A stretch of DNA of 39,495 nucleotides from a virus (lineage: Duplodnaviria; Caudoviricetes): the IMG/VR virus record IMGVR_UViG_3300006182_000062, positions 1 through 39,495 of that record; one strand, written 5' to 3'. Below are positions 26,892-35,715 of the stretch, piece after piece. Position numbers and translations under genes: made by a program. The notes below the pieces were generated by a model, which did not search any database, had not been told where the DNA came from, and saw only the letters and a list, made by a program, of their open reading frames with translations. Every line of letters starts with the position of its first letter. Position 1 is the stretch's first letter.

Positions 26892-27800
26892 TCAGTTAGC
26901 GGATGGCTCGCCGGTATCGGTCGTGCTCGGCTCTGCGTTCGATTCGCCGGCACCCTGGTCGGGGGCTGGCTGGTCGTTCGCTGATGGCTCACCGGTGCCG
27001 TTATCGGACGGGGCGCCCTCTGCGTTCGGCTCGCCGTTGCCCTGGTCGGGGTTGGGCTGGTCGTTCGCTGGTGGCTCACCGGTGCCGGTGGTGGCTGGCT
27101 TGCTTTCCGCGTGTTTCTTCAAGAGGCGCTGGACGCGCTCCAAATCCTTCTTGCCGCCGCAGCTGCCGTGCAGCTCGATGGCGCGGGCGATGTTGGCGCG
27201 CGCGGTTTCGAGCTGGTCGGCCTCGGTGCCGGTCAGGTTGTCCTCGGGCAGGTCGGCGACCAGGGCGCGACCGATGGCCAGGTGCAGCTTGGCGCGGGCC
27301 TCGTCGGGCATGTCCTGCTCGCGGGTGAGCTGCTCGGCCTCGATCAGCACTTGGGTGTCGAAGCGCCCGCCGGCCTTCTGCGCCTTGAGGGCGGCCTCAG
27401 CCACCTCCTCTGCGAGTAGGCAGCCGGTGCTGCGCTGGAAGCGGTCCGGCATGGTCATGTTGTGCTCGAGCACGTAACACCCAATGGCCAAGGCGCCGAA
27501 GTAGTCGGCGGCGTCCAGGCGCCAGAGCATGACGGTCGTGAGCACGTCGTCCTGCGCGCCGCGCCCGGCAGCCAGCACGCCGTCCACGTATGGGACGTAG
27601 GCCGGCAGCAGCTGCACCTTGAGCGCAACCTTGCCCTCAGTGGACTGGATGTTGCTCAGGCGCAGGCGATCCTGGTGCAGCTGGGCGAGTTGCAGTTCGT
27701 AGGTGGTAGCGCCGGCCATGGTTTGCGCCGGCGCGGTGGCGGCCGCCTCCAGGGCGGCACGCTTACGCAGCTGGGTACGCTGGGCGAGGGTCAGGGCCAT
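26892..27800 (-). CDS. Terminase small/endonuclease subunit gpM with repetitive C-terminal tail
   Basis: LLPAYVPYVDGVL...QDDVLTTVMLWRLD...DMPDEARAKL...GGKKDLE. Confidence 0.92.
   Translation of the reverse strand: MALTLAQRTQLRKRAALEAAATAPAQTMAGATTYELQLAQLHQDRLRLSNIQSTEGKVALKVQLLPAYVPYVDGVLAAGRGAQDDVLTTVMLWRLDAADYFGALAIGCYVLEHNMTMPDRFQRSTGCLLAEEVAEAALKAQKAGGRFDTQVLIEAEQLTREQDMPDEARAKLHLAIGRALVADLPEDNLTGTEADQLETARANIARAIELHGSCGGKKDLERVQRLLKKHAESKPATTGTGEPPANDQPNPDQGNGEPNAEGAPSDNGTGEPSANDQPAPDQGAGESNAEPSTTDTGEPSAN
26895..27086 (-). repeat. Imperfect in-frame tandem repeat (87 bp, 81 bp, partial) in the gpM 3' end
   Basis: GTGEP(P/S)ANDQP.PDQG.GE.NAE twice, plus DTGEPSAN. Confidence 0.85.
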
Positions 27801-27803
27801 GGG

Positions 27804-28877
27804 TTATGCCTCAGTCGGTGCCGGGTAGGTCATCGCCTCGATGTTCTCGACCAGGGCAATGGCGCCGAAGTCTTCGACGATGTAGGCATCGTTGCTGGAC
27901 TGGTAATCGGCGATGCGGTCGTACTCGGGCTCGTCTTTCAGGTGGCGGCGGCGAGCACCTTCCTGCCAGTAGATGGACAGGTTCTTGAGGAAGGTGACCA
28001 GCACGGTGCCCTCGGGGAAGAACGGCGCATCAACCACCGGCAGACCGCCGAGGCGCGCGCGGCTGACGACTTCCTGAGCAGCATTCTCTTCCTGGTTGGA
28101 CGCGGCGCCCTTCTCCACGGCCTTGAGCAGTTTCTCGTGCATCAGGTCGCGGCTGACGAGTACGACCAGGTCCGGACGGGAGCGGTGCCACGGATCGAGC
28201 GTCTGGATGGCATCGAACACCAGGCCGTCTAGGGTCTGGTAGTCGCCGCTGATCTCGGTGTCCACGCCCGCCACCTTGATGACCTTGGCGGCGCCAACGG
28301 TGACCTTGCCCGAGCCCTCGACGCCTTCGTCAATCACGCGGTCCGGCGCCTTGGCGCGGATCTTCTGCAGCCAGCCGATGTTGACGTCCTGCAGCATCGG
28401 GTTGGCGGTGCGGTCGGTGGCGGCGGCGGCGCTGACGCCGTTAAAGCCGACCATGATCCGGTCCAGCGCCTGGCGTTGGATGATGGCGTTGGTCAGGCGC
28501 ACCTGGAAGTCGGGGAATTTGGCCCAGGCATCCAGCAGCGAGTACGGGAACGCGCTGTCGTAGTTGGTCTGGACGCAGTTGTAGCTGTCCTTGGCCAGCG
28601 CTTGACGCTGCGCCGGGGTGCGGCGGTTGCCACCAGCGGTGTCAGTGCGCCCGGCGATGGGGCCATTCACGCCAAGCAGCAGTGCCTCGCCGCTTTGCTC
28701 GATGACGCCGATCAGGTTGATCCGGCCGAGGAAGTCGGTGGACTCCTGCATGGCGGTTTCCAGAGTCTGCTGGACCGATGGGGTGACGCTGAATTTCTCG
28801 GTGGCGCTGGCCACGCCGTTGAGCAGGGCGATCTGCGCAGCCAGGGCGGTGAATACGAGGCGGGTTTCGTTACGCAT
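27804..28877 (-). CDS. Major capsid protein gpN
   Basis: MRNETR...FSVTPSVQQTLE...LDAWAKF...NPMLQDVNIGWLQK. Confidence 0.96.
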   Translation of the reverse strand: MRNETRLVFTALAAQIALLNGVASATEKFSVTPSVQQTLETAMQESTDFLGRINLIGVIEQSGEALLLGVNGPIAGRTDTAGGNRRTPAQRQALAKDSYNCVQTNYDSAFPYSLLDAWAKFPDFQVRLTNAIIQRQALDRIMVGFNGVSAAAATDRTANPMLQDVNIGWLQKIRAKAPDRVIDEGVEGSGKVTVGAAKVIKVAGVDTEISGDYQTLDGLVFDAIQTLDPWHRSRPDLVVLVSRDLMHEKLLKAVEKGAASNQEENAAQEVVSRARLGGLPVVDAPFFPEGTVLVTFLKNLSIYWQEGARRRHLKDEPEYDRIADYQSSNDAYIVEDFGAIALVENIEAMTYPAPTEA

Positions 28878-28910
28878 GTTGTTTCTCCGGGGCGATGGGT
28901 GTGAGCGGGC

Positions 28911-29747
28911 TCAGAACTGGGTCTTGATCTGGCCGTTGCCGCCCGCTACCGCCGGGCGCTGCTGTTGGTTGTGGTCGTGGGTGTTGCCGAGGCGCTTGAG
29001 CAGGTCGGCGAACTGGGTGGCGAGCTGATCGTGAGCCGTCTGTAGATCCGCGCGGGCCTTGGACTCGGCGGCAAACGCCTTGCCCTGCTCGGCGACGTGG
29101 TCGGCGATGGCTTCAACGGACTGGCCCAGCTCGGCGAACAGGGCCGAATCCTTGCCTTCCTTCTCCTTGAACTTGCCGAGGGCGGCGGCCACGCGGGAGA
29201 ACAGGCCGGCGGTCTTGTCGTCCGGTTGCTCGCTGATTTCTTCGAACTCGATGGAGGCCTCGCTGGCAGCGGTGAATAGGTTTTCAGCGTGCTGCTTGCG
29301 GGTGCTCAAGGTGCCGTGCTGGGCGCTGAACTGCAGGGCCTCGGTACCGAGGCTGGCCGGGCTGTCGGTGATGGCGAGGCCGATCAGGTAGGCCTTGCCG
29401 GTGTCGGCGAATTTCGGCTGGACCTCGACGGAGGTGTGCAGCTTCTGGCCGGCCTGGGTGAGCTTGATCAGGGCATCGTTTGGCTCGATCTGGACGAACA
29501 GGGCGAGCTTCTTCTCGCCGTTGATGTCGACCTCTTCGGCCTTGGCGGCCAGTACCGAACCATAGGCGCCGAACTCACCACCTGGCCACGGCCATTTGAT
29601 GTGTTCGCAGTTGATGCGGGCGGTATAGGTATCGGTGTTGTACTGGGACGCCATGTCCTCAATCCAGCTGCGTTCGATATTGCGACCGTCAGTGGTTGCG
29701 CCTTCGACGGCGACGCGGAACCAGCGGGATTTGAATTTGCGCTTCAT
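28911..29747 (-). CDS. Capsid scaffolding protein/protease gpO
   Basis: FRVAVEGATTDGRNI...YLIGLAITDSPASLGTE. Confidence 0.95.
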   Translation of the reverse strand: MKRKFKSRWFRVAVEGATTDGRNIERSWIEDMASQYNTDTYTARINCEHIKWPWPGGEFGAYGSVLAAKAEEVDINGEKKLALFVQIEPNDALIKLTQAGQKLHTSVEVQPKFADTGKAYLIGLAITDSPASLGTEALQFSAQHGTLSTRKQHAENLFTAASEASIEFEEISEQPDDKTAGLFSRVAAALGKFKEKEGKDSALFAELGQSVEAIADHVAEQGKAFAAESKARADLQTAHDQLATQFADLLKRLGNTHDHNQQQRPAVAGGNGQIKTQF

Positions 29748-29832
29748 CGGTGTAAGTCCTCAGTGCGGGCGGGTGGCCGGGCAGTTGAGGGCATGGTCGG
29801 CAGGCCGCGCCGTGCGGGCAATTCGCGCACCA

Positions 29833-29851
29833 TGTACTGGCGGGACGTACA
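29833..29851. promoter_or_regulatory. Putative Ogr-type activator site shared by the divergent O/P promoters
   Basis: TGTA-N11-TACA, 47 nt before the P ATG. Confidence 0.7.
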
Positions 29852-29898
29852 GGACGCGGGAGTAACGACTCGCGCGCGCGAACGGCAGCATCGGCGCC

Positions 29899-31665
29899 AT
29901 GAATGCACCGACCGTTGAAATTCCCGTCCAGGATCCACGCCGCACCGCTCGCCATCTGTACTGGATGGGGTGGCGGGTGACGGATATCGCCGACTTCCTG
30001 GAGGAGAAGGAAAAGACCGTCCACTCCTGGAAAACCCGGGACGAATGGGACCGCGCGGACAATGTCGAGCGGATCGGTGGCGCACTGGAGGCTCGGCTCG
30101 TGCAGCTGATCCTCAAGGACGGCAAGACCGGCGGCGACTTCAAGGAAATCGACCTGCTGCACCGCCAGCTGGAGCGGCAGGCGCGAATCCAGCGCTTCCA
30201 GGCTGGCGGCACCCAGGCGGAGCTGAACCCGAACCTGGAGGCGCGCAACGCCGGTCCGAAGAAGGCCCCCAAGCGCAACGAGTTCGATGAAGGCGAGATC
30301 GAGCTGCTGGAGGAGGCCTTCCGGGACAGTTGCTTCGAGTACCAGCTCGACTGGTACCGGGCGATCAACATGCGCACGCGGATGATCCTCAAGTCACGCC
30401 AGATCGGCGCGACCTTCTACTTCGCCCGCGAGGCGCTGATCGACGCGCTGCTGACGGGGCGTAATCAGATCTTCCTTTCGGCGAGCAAGGCGCAGGCGCA
30501 CCAGTTCAAGAACTACATGCAGGCGTTCGTCCAGGAGGCGCTGGGCCGACAGCTGACGGGCGACCCGATCGTGCTGGCCAACGGCGCCGAGCTGCACTTC
30601 CTCGGGACCAACTACCGCACCGCCCAGGGGCGGTCGGGCAATTTCTACTTCGACGAATTCTTCTGGGTGCATGGCTTCGACGAGCTGAACAAGGTGGCGT
30701 CGGGCATGGCGCTGCACAAGAAGTGGCGCAAGACCTATTTCTCGACACCGTCGAGCATGGGGCACCCGGCGTACAAGTGGTGGACGGGCGAGCGGCTGAA
30801 CAAGGGCAAGCCGGCGGCGCAGCACGTGAAGATCGACCTGCGCCACGACACGCTGGCCCCCGGCAAGCTGTGCCGGGAGGACAAGATCTGGCGGCAGATC
30901 GTGACCATCCTCGATGCCGAGCGCCGCGGCTGCGATCTGTTTGACCTGGATGAGCTGCGCTTCGAGTACAACGCCGAGCAGTTCGCCAACCTGCTGATGT
31001 GCGAGTTCGTCGACGACGGGGCGAGCATCTTCCCGCTGACGATGCTGCAGCCGTGCATGGTGGACAGCTGGGTCGAATGGGGCGAGGACTACAAGCCGTT
31101 CGCGGCGCGCCCGCTGGGCGACCGGCCGGTGTGGATCGGCTACGACCCGGCCGAGACCGGCGACAGTGCGGGCATGATGGTTGTGGCGCCGCCGGCGGTA
31201 CCGGGTGGCAAGTTCCGCATCCTCGAGCGCCATCAGTTCCGCGGAATGGACTTCGCCGCCCAGGCCGAGGCGATCCGCCAGGCCTGCAATCGCTACTGGG
31301 TGACCTATATCGGCGTGGACGTGACCGGGCTGGGCTCGGGCGTGGCGCAGCTGGTCCGCCAGTTCTTCCCCAACGTGACCACCTTCAGCTACTCGCCGGA
31401 GGTGAAGACGCGCCTGGTGCTCAAGGCCTACGACGTGATCCGCAACGGCCGGTTGGAATTCGATGCCGGCTGGACGGACGTGGCCAGCTCGCTGATGGCG
31501 ATTCGCAAGACGATCACGGCCTCGGGCCGCCAGATGACCTACACCGCCGGGCGCAACGATGAGACCGGGCATGCCGACCTCGCGTGGGCGCTGTTCCACG
31601 CCCTGCACAACGAACCGCTCGAGGGGCAGACCTCGGCGAACACTGGATTCATGGAGATTTACTGA
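29899..31665 (+). CDS. Terminase ATPase subunit gpP
   Basis: LKSRQIGAT, YFDEFFW, FSTPS, IGYDP and HADLAWA. Confidence 0.96.
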   Translation: MNAPTVEIPVQDPRRTARHLYWMGWRVTDIADFLEEKEKTVHSWKTRDEWDRADNVERIGGALEARLVQLILKDGKTGGDFKEIDLLHRQLERQARIQRFQAGGTQAELNPNLEARNAGPKKAPKRNEFDEGEIELLEEAFRDSCFEYQLDWYRAINMRTRMILKSRQIGATFYFAREALIDALLTGRNQIFLSASKAQAHQFKNYMQAFVQEALGRQLTGDPIVLANGAELHFLGTNYRTAQGRSGNFYFDEFFWVHGFDELNKVASGMALHKKWRKTYFSTPSSMGHPAYKWWTGERLNKGKPAAQHVKIDLRHDTLAPGKLCREDKIWRQIVTILDAERRGCDLFDLDELRFEYNAEQFANLLMCEFVDDGASIFPLTMLQPCMVDSWVEWGEDYKPFAARPLGDRPVWIGYDPAETGDSAGMMVVAPPAVPGGKFRILERHQFRGMDFAAQAEAIRQACNRYWVTYIGVDVTGLGSGVAQLVRQFFPNVTTFSYSPEVKTRLVLKAYDVIRNGRLEFDAGWTDVASSLMAIRKTITASGRQMTYTAGRNDETGHADLAWALFHALHNEPLEGQTSANTGFMEIY

Positions 31666-32657
31666 TGAGCACCGATATCGTCGCCGCGCCCTCCACAGGC
31701 ATCGAGGCCTTTACCTTCGGCGATCCCATGCCGGTGCTCGATGGCCGGGAAATCTTCGACTACCTGGAATGCTGGATGAACGGGCGCTGGTACGAGCCGC
31801 CGCTCTCGCTGGATGGTTTGGCTAAGTCGACCAGGGCCTCGGTGTTTCTACAGTCAGGCTTGAACTTCAAGCGAAACATGCTGGCCCGCACGTTCATTCC
31901 TCATCGGCTGCTGAACCGGCAGACCTTCGAGCAATTCGCGCTGGACTGGTTGTGGTGCGGTAATGCCTACCTGGAGAAGCGCCGGAACATGCTGGGCCAG
32001 GCCATCGGCCTGCTGCCGCCGCTGGCCAAGTACATGCGGCGCGGGGCTGATCTCGAGACCTACTACCAGGTGCGCGGGTGGCGTGATGAGCATGAGTTCG
32101 CCGCCGGCAGCATTTGCCACCTGCGCGAGGCGGATATCAACCAGGAGGTGTACGGCCTGCCGGAGTGGCTGTCGGCGCTGCAGTCGGCGCTGCTGAACGA
32201 GAGCGCCACGCTGTTTCGCCGGCGCTACTACCAGAACGGCAGCCATGCCGGCTTCATCATGTACATGACCGACGCGACCCAGAACGAGGCGGACGTCGAC
32301 GCGCTGCGCAAGGCGCTGCGGGACAGCAAGGGCCCCGGCAACTTCCGGAACCTGTTCATGTACGCGCCGGGCGGGAAAAAGGACGGCCTGCAGCTGCTGC
32401 CGGTGAGCGAGGTGGCGGCGAAGGATGAGTTCGGCTCGATCAAGAACATCAGCCGCGACGATCTGCTCGCCGCGCTGCGCATCCCGCCTCAGCTGATGGG
32501 CATCGTGCCGACCAACGCCGGAGGCTTCGGCTCACTGCGCGAAGCGGCTGAGGTGTGGGCGGTCAATGAGCTGGAGCCGATCCAGGCGCGACTGGCTCAG
32601 GTGAATGAGTGGTTGGGGGATGAGGTGGTGCGGTTTAGAGAGTTCAGCCTTCCTTAG
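31665..32657 (+). CDS. Portal protein gpQ (PBSX family), 330 aa
   Basis: AFTFGDP...WYEPP...YGLPEW...NGSHAGFI...GPGNFRNLF; TGATG overlap with P. Confidence 0.95.
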   Translation: MSTDIVAAPSTGIEAFTFGDPMPVLDGREIFDYLECWMNGRWYEPPLSLDGLAKSTRASVFLQSGLNFKRNMLARTFIPHRLLNRQTFEQFALDWLWCGNAYLEKRRNMLGQAIGLLPPLAKYMRRGADLETYYQVRGWRDEHEFAAGSICHLREADINQEVYGLPEWLSALQSALLNESATLFRRRYYQNGSHAGFIMYMTDATQNEADVDALRKALRDSKGPGNFRNLFMYAPGGKKDGLQLLPVSEVAAKDEFGSIKNISRDDLLAALRIPPQLMGIVPTNAGGFGSLREAAEVWAVNELEPIQARLAQVNEWLGDEVVRFREFSLP

Positions 32658-33342
32658 GGCGCCTAGTGCCGGGAAGCATCTCTTCGAGAATCAAAACTAC
32701 TCCAGGAAAGCAATGCGATTCGTTTGAATATACCTTTTCGCCAATGTTAGGAAATGTGTAAGCGAAAGACGTTCGTCGGCTCGGTGTGCTCGAAAAATCG
32801 CCGCATTTGGCTTGCCAAGCCGTAACAAGTGAGCGAATGGACTCATGGCAAGAATCGTCCGACTCTGAGGTGTGTCGCACCTCGGCGAGGCTGATAGTCG
32901 GCACAACAAACGTAGCCGCAAACTTTCGGTCCGCCTCGTCTTCCAGATGCCAGCAGTCGAGCCATGCTTCCCGCTGTGCCTTCTTCATGTAGGTGATGCC
33001 CTTGGCTTTAGAACCGATGGGCTGCCATGCCTGCTTTGCTTCAATCGCCAACGAAACGTAACCATCAGAAAGGAACAAGTCACAGCGTCCGTTTCGTAGG
33101 TCGCCCGACTCGACCCCGTTAGAAGGGGATTTCGCGCGCTTTCCAGTAGCGAACTCCTCTAGCGCGATCCACCCGTTTATCGTCCATGCTGCTCCCGCCA
33201 ACGTACTCAATGAAGCTCTTTCGTTGTACCACCAGGGGTTGTCAGGCTCGATGAGAGATGTGTAGCGATCGACGGCAGCCACCCAAGCAGTAAGTAGCTT
33301 CTTGAGACGCTTGTCTCCTTCGAAAGCTCTAACTTTCCTCAC
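32644..33342 (-). CDS. Moron: putative PD-(D/E)XK nuclease-fold protein, ~232 aa
   Basis: Lower GC, opposite strand; WYNERA...EE...GRCDLFL...IEAK motif. GTG start chosen after GGGGGA; the start is uncertain. Confidence 0.65.
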   Translation of the reverse strand: MRKVRAFEGDKRLKKLLTAWVAAVDRYTSLIEPDNPWWYNERASLSTLAGAAWTINGWIALEEFATGKRAKSPSNGVESGDLRNGRCDLFLSDGYVSLAIEAKQAWQPIGSKAKGITYMKKAQREAWLDCWHLEDEADRKFAATFVVPTISLAEVRHTSESDDSCHESIRSLVTAWQAKCGDFSSTPSRRTSFAYTFPNIGEKVYSNESHCFPGVVLILEEMLPGTRRPKEG

Positions 33343-33420
33343 TGCAAACTTTCCCCCAACCGGTCGATAGCTCGCGATGATGGCCGAGAGCCATGCTCGC
33401 ATGCAACCGAGGAGCACCTA

Positions 33421-33485
33421 GCGCGCGCCGTTGTCCCCCCACCACGCCTGCGGGCTAAACATGTGGCTTTTTCCGCGCGCCTGCG
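33421..33485. other. Putative cos (cohesive end / terminase) region
   Basis: GCGCGCCGTTGTCCCCCCACCACGCCTGCGGGCT...TTTTCCGCGCGCCTGC resembles P2/186-family cos regions and sits at the expected position downstream of the portal. Confidence 0.65.
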
Positions 33486-33624
33486 GACAGCTCTACGCGG
33501 CCGAGGCAGTGGGCTGGTGGAAGGGTATGAGGTAGAGCAAAACCCTGCGTTTCCCTGCAGGAAGAGCGGTTCTGGACGCTCCCGAGCTGTGTCCGGGGTA
33601 TGGGCTTATGGGGGGCGATTTTCA

Positions 33625-33905
33625 GAAAGAGTAATTTCTGCAATCTGGTTGCAGACCGACCCTGGAGGCCGCGTCGTTCGGGGGTTCTGAGATTACAAAG
33701 GGAGGTAACTTAGAGGTAATCAAAAAGGTGATTTTTTCTAAGGTGCTGATTTTGAAGGCTTTTTTAGAGGCCCGATATCACCCTATAAAAGAGTAACCAG
33801 ATTACCTTTATGTTACTTGGAAGTTACCTTTTGACATCGCCGGAAAGGCCTTGCAGATCAGGGCTTTGCGCCCGTTTCCCGGTCGATGTTACGGAAATTA
33901 CTCTT
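33625..33905. repeat. Cluster of GTAA(C/T)/(A/G)TTAC motifs around an AT-rich core; candidate replication origin
   Basis: About a dozen GT(A/G)A(C/T) motifs in both orientations, many spaced 11-12 bp apart. Confidence 0.5.
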
Positions 33906-33978
33906 TTTGCAGACCCCCCACTACCTGAGAAAACAGCCTCACGTGTGGGGCGCGTGCGCATGTACGCGACGGTTCTGC

Positions 33979-34000
33979 TTGTTACGTGGCTTGTTACGCT
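33979..34000. repeat. Direct repeat TTGTTACG x2, candidate prophage integrase arm sites
   Basis: ttgttacg-tggc-ttgttacg about 50 bp from the att core. Confidence 0.5.
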
Positions 34001-34048
34001 AGCCTGCGTCGGCATCAGCCTTTATAGGGCTGGAAGCCTTGGTATTCG

Positions 34049-34095
34049 TGGTGCCGGCACCAGGAGTCGAACCCGGGACCTACTGATTACAAGTC
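34049..34095 (-). repeat. att core: 3' 47 nt of tRNA-Thr(TGT), not an intact tRNA
   Basis: Minus strand GACTTGTAATCAGTAGGTCCCGGGTTCGACTCCTGGTGCCGGCACCA: anticodon loop, T-arm and CCA present; D-arm and 5' half absent. Confidence 0.9.
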
Positions 34096-34144
34096 CCTGA
34101 TTCTGAAATTTCTGGAGATTTCATGATATTTCATAAGCTATATA

Positions 34145-34231
34145 AATCAATAGCTTATGAAGTTTCTGTCGTTCAGATGCGTTCCGATAATTTCATTGAT
34201 TTCCATGGAAGTGTTGAGCAAAGTGTTGAGC
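34145..34231. promoter_or_regulatory. IHF site and integrase arm-type repeats of the second element
   Basis: AATCAATAGCTTA matches WATCAANNNNTTR (34145-34157); GTGTTGAGC x2 (34211-34219 and 34223-34231). Confidence 0.6.
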
Positions 34232-34253
34232 GGAATGGCATGGGAAGGCCCTA

Positions 34254-35654
34254 ATGGGACACAAACTGACCGACGCTCAGGCTAAAAGCTGGGCAGCTAC
34301 AGGTGCGATAAAAAAGGACGGGGTGACTACGCCCACACGAACCTTCTCCGAACAGCTCGGTGTGCGCGGGTCCGGTTCGATGCTGCTGGAGCGGCGCCCC
34401 AGCGGGTACATCGAGGTTTATCTGGCGGTCCGCCGGGGTGGCAGGCAAGAGCGCAAGAAACTCGGCCAGTTTGGAACGCTCTCCGCTGATGGTCAGATTA
34501 GAGGCTTAGCGTACTGGCGCCAGGAGGCAGAACGCGTTGCTGCGGCTGCTCGTGATTTCCAGACACTCGAAACGTACGAAAATCATGTTCGACGGTTGAA
34601 GGCCGAGCAGCAACGGATCGAAAGCCAAGCCGCTCGCCAAGGGTCTTTTGAGCAGCTTTTGCTGGCTTACGTAGCGGACATGGAGCGACGTGGGAAGACA
34701 AGCGCCCGAGGAGTAATGGGTGCCCTAGAGCTTGATGTAATCAATGCATTCCCGGATCTAGCCGGCACCAAGGCGAAAGAGATCCAGCCAGAAGATATTT
34801 CGCAGATCCTGCGCCATTGCATTAACCGGAAGCCCGCATCCAAAGGGCGTGGGCGACGAAAAACACAGGCGAGCGCAACGAATGGCAAGCTAACCGCCGC
34901 TAATCGTCTTCGGTCTTATTTGCGTGCTGCGTTTTCGTTTGGCTTGAAGCACGATCTGAATCCTTTGAGAGCAGGCGATGCGGTCCTATTCGGGCTCAGA
35001 TACAACCCAGTTGCCGATCTCCCTACGATTGAGGGTGCGGAGCGTGCAAACACGGAGGCGTTGAACGGCGACGAACTGAGACAAGTGCTTCGTGCTGTCG
35101 CTGGGCTGCCAGGGCGCCGTCAGCCAATAGCTAACGCGATGATTTATCTGGCAGGGCAACGTGTGCAGATGTTATTGCGCGCAACTTGGGCTGACCTGTC
35201 AGAAGATCCTGAGCACGGCACGGTTCTCCGCTTGGTCGATTACAAGGGAGGCAAAGGAACGCCTCCTAGGGATCATCTTTTGCCTATATCTGGAAGGGTC
35301 GAAGAGGTACTAGCGCCGTTGCTAACGCCTCGGACTGGCGCGGGTCCGTTTTCGCTTGACGGTGTGCGGAAAGTATCCGCGCATACAGTGCAGAAGATAT
35401 TTTCCGAGCTTGGCTCTGTGTTGGCGGCACAGGGCCTGACTCGCACTTTCACTTGGCGCACGATGCGAGCGACCATCGAGACTCATTTGGCGATGCTTGG
35501 TGTTGATGAGCAACGAAGGGCATGGCTGCTTTCTCATGGGCGAAGCGGAGTACAAGCAAAGCACTATGACCGTTACAGCTATCTGAAAGAAAAGCGCGAG
35601 GACCTAGTCAAATGGGCGGCCTATCTAGACGCAATGTTGGATAACCCCGCATAG
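34254..35654 (+). CDS. Tyrosine recombinase/integrase, 466 aa
   Basis: Arm-binding-like N-terminus, AANRLRSYLRAAF, LAGQR, YKG, WRTMR, LSHG and HYDRY. Confidence 0.88.
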   Translation: MGHKLTDAQAKSWAATGAIKKDGVTTPTRTFSEQLGVRGSGSMLLERRPSGYIEVYLAVRRGGRQERKKLGQFGTLSADGQIRGLAYWRQEAERVAAAARDFQTLETYENHVRRLKAEQQRIESQAARQGSFEQLLLAYVADMERRGKTSARGVMGALELDVINAFPDLAGTKAKEIQPEDISQILRHCINRKPASKGRGRRKTQASATNGKLTAANRLRSYLRAAFSFGLKHDLNPLRAGDAVLFGLRYNPVADLPTIEGAERANTEALNGDELRQVLRAVAGLPGRRQPIANAMIYLAGQRVQMLLRATWADLSEDPEHGTVLRLVDYKGGKGTPPRDHLLPISGRVEEVLAPLLTPRTGAGPFSLDGVRKVSAHTVQKIFSELGSVLAAQGLTRTFTWRTMRATIETHLAMLGVDEQRRAWLLSHGRSGVQAKHYDRYSYLKEKREDLVKWAAYLDAMLDNPA

Positions 35655-35715
35655 GGACTTGGGTTCGGTTCGGTGCTTGATAGCATTTCTCCATCAAGTA
35701 CAAGGAGACCCGCCT

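Larger units (their letters stand above)
1..34095. mobile_element. P2/phiCTX-like (Peduoviridae-type) prophage, apparently complete
   Basis: Full P2-type morphogenesis gene order (Q,P,O,N,M,L,X,lysis,R,S,V,W,J,I,H,FI,FII,E,E',T,U,D), integrase, repressor switch, cos-like site and tRNA-derived att at 34049-34095. The left att is outside the window. Confidence 0.95.

Noticed and set aside
34049..34095. Functional tRNA-Thr gene
   Set aside because: The 5' half (acceptor 5' strand and D-arm) is missing, so it is an att duplication.
33455..34100. Short ORFs in the cos-att interval
   Set aside because: No RBS or protein-like features; the region is better explained as cis-acting DNA.
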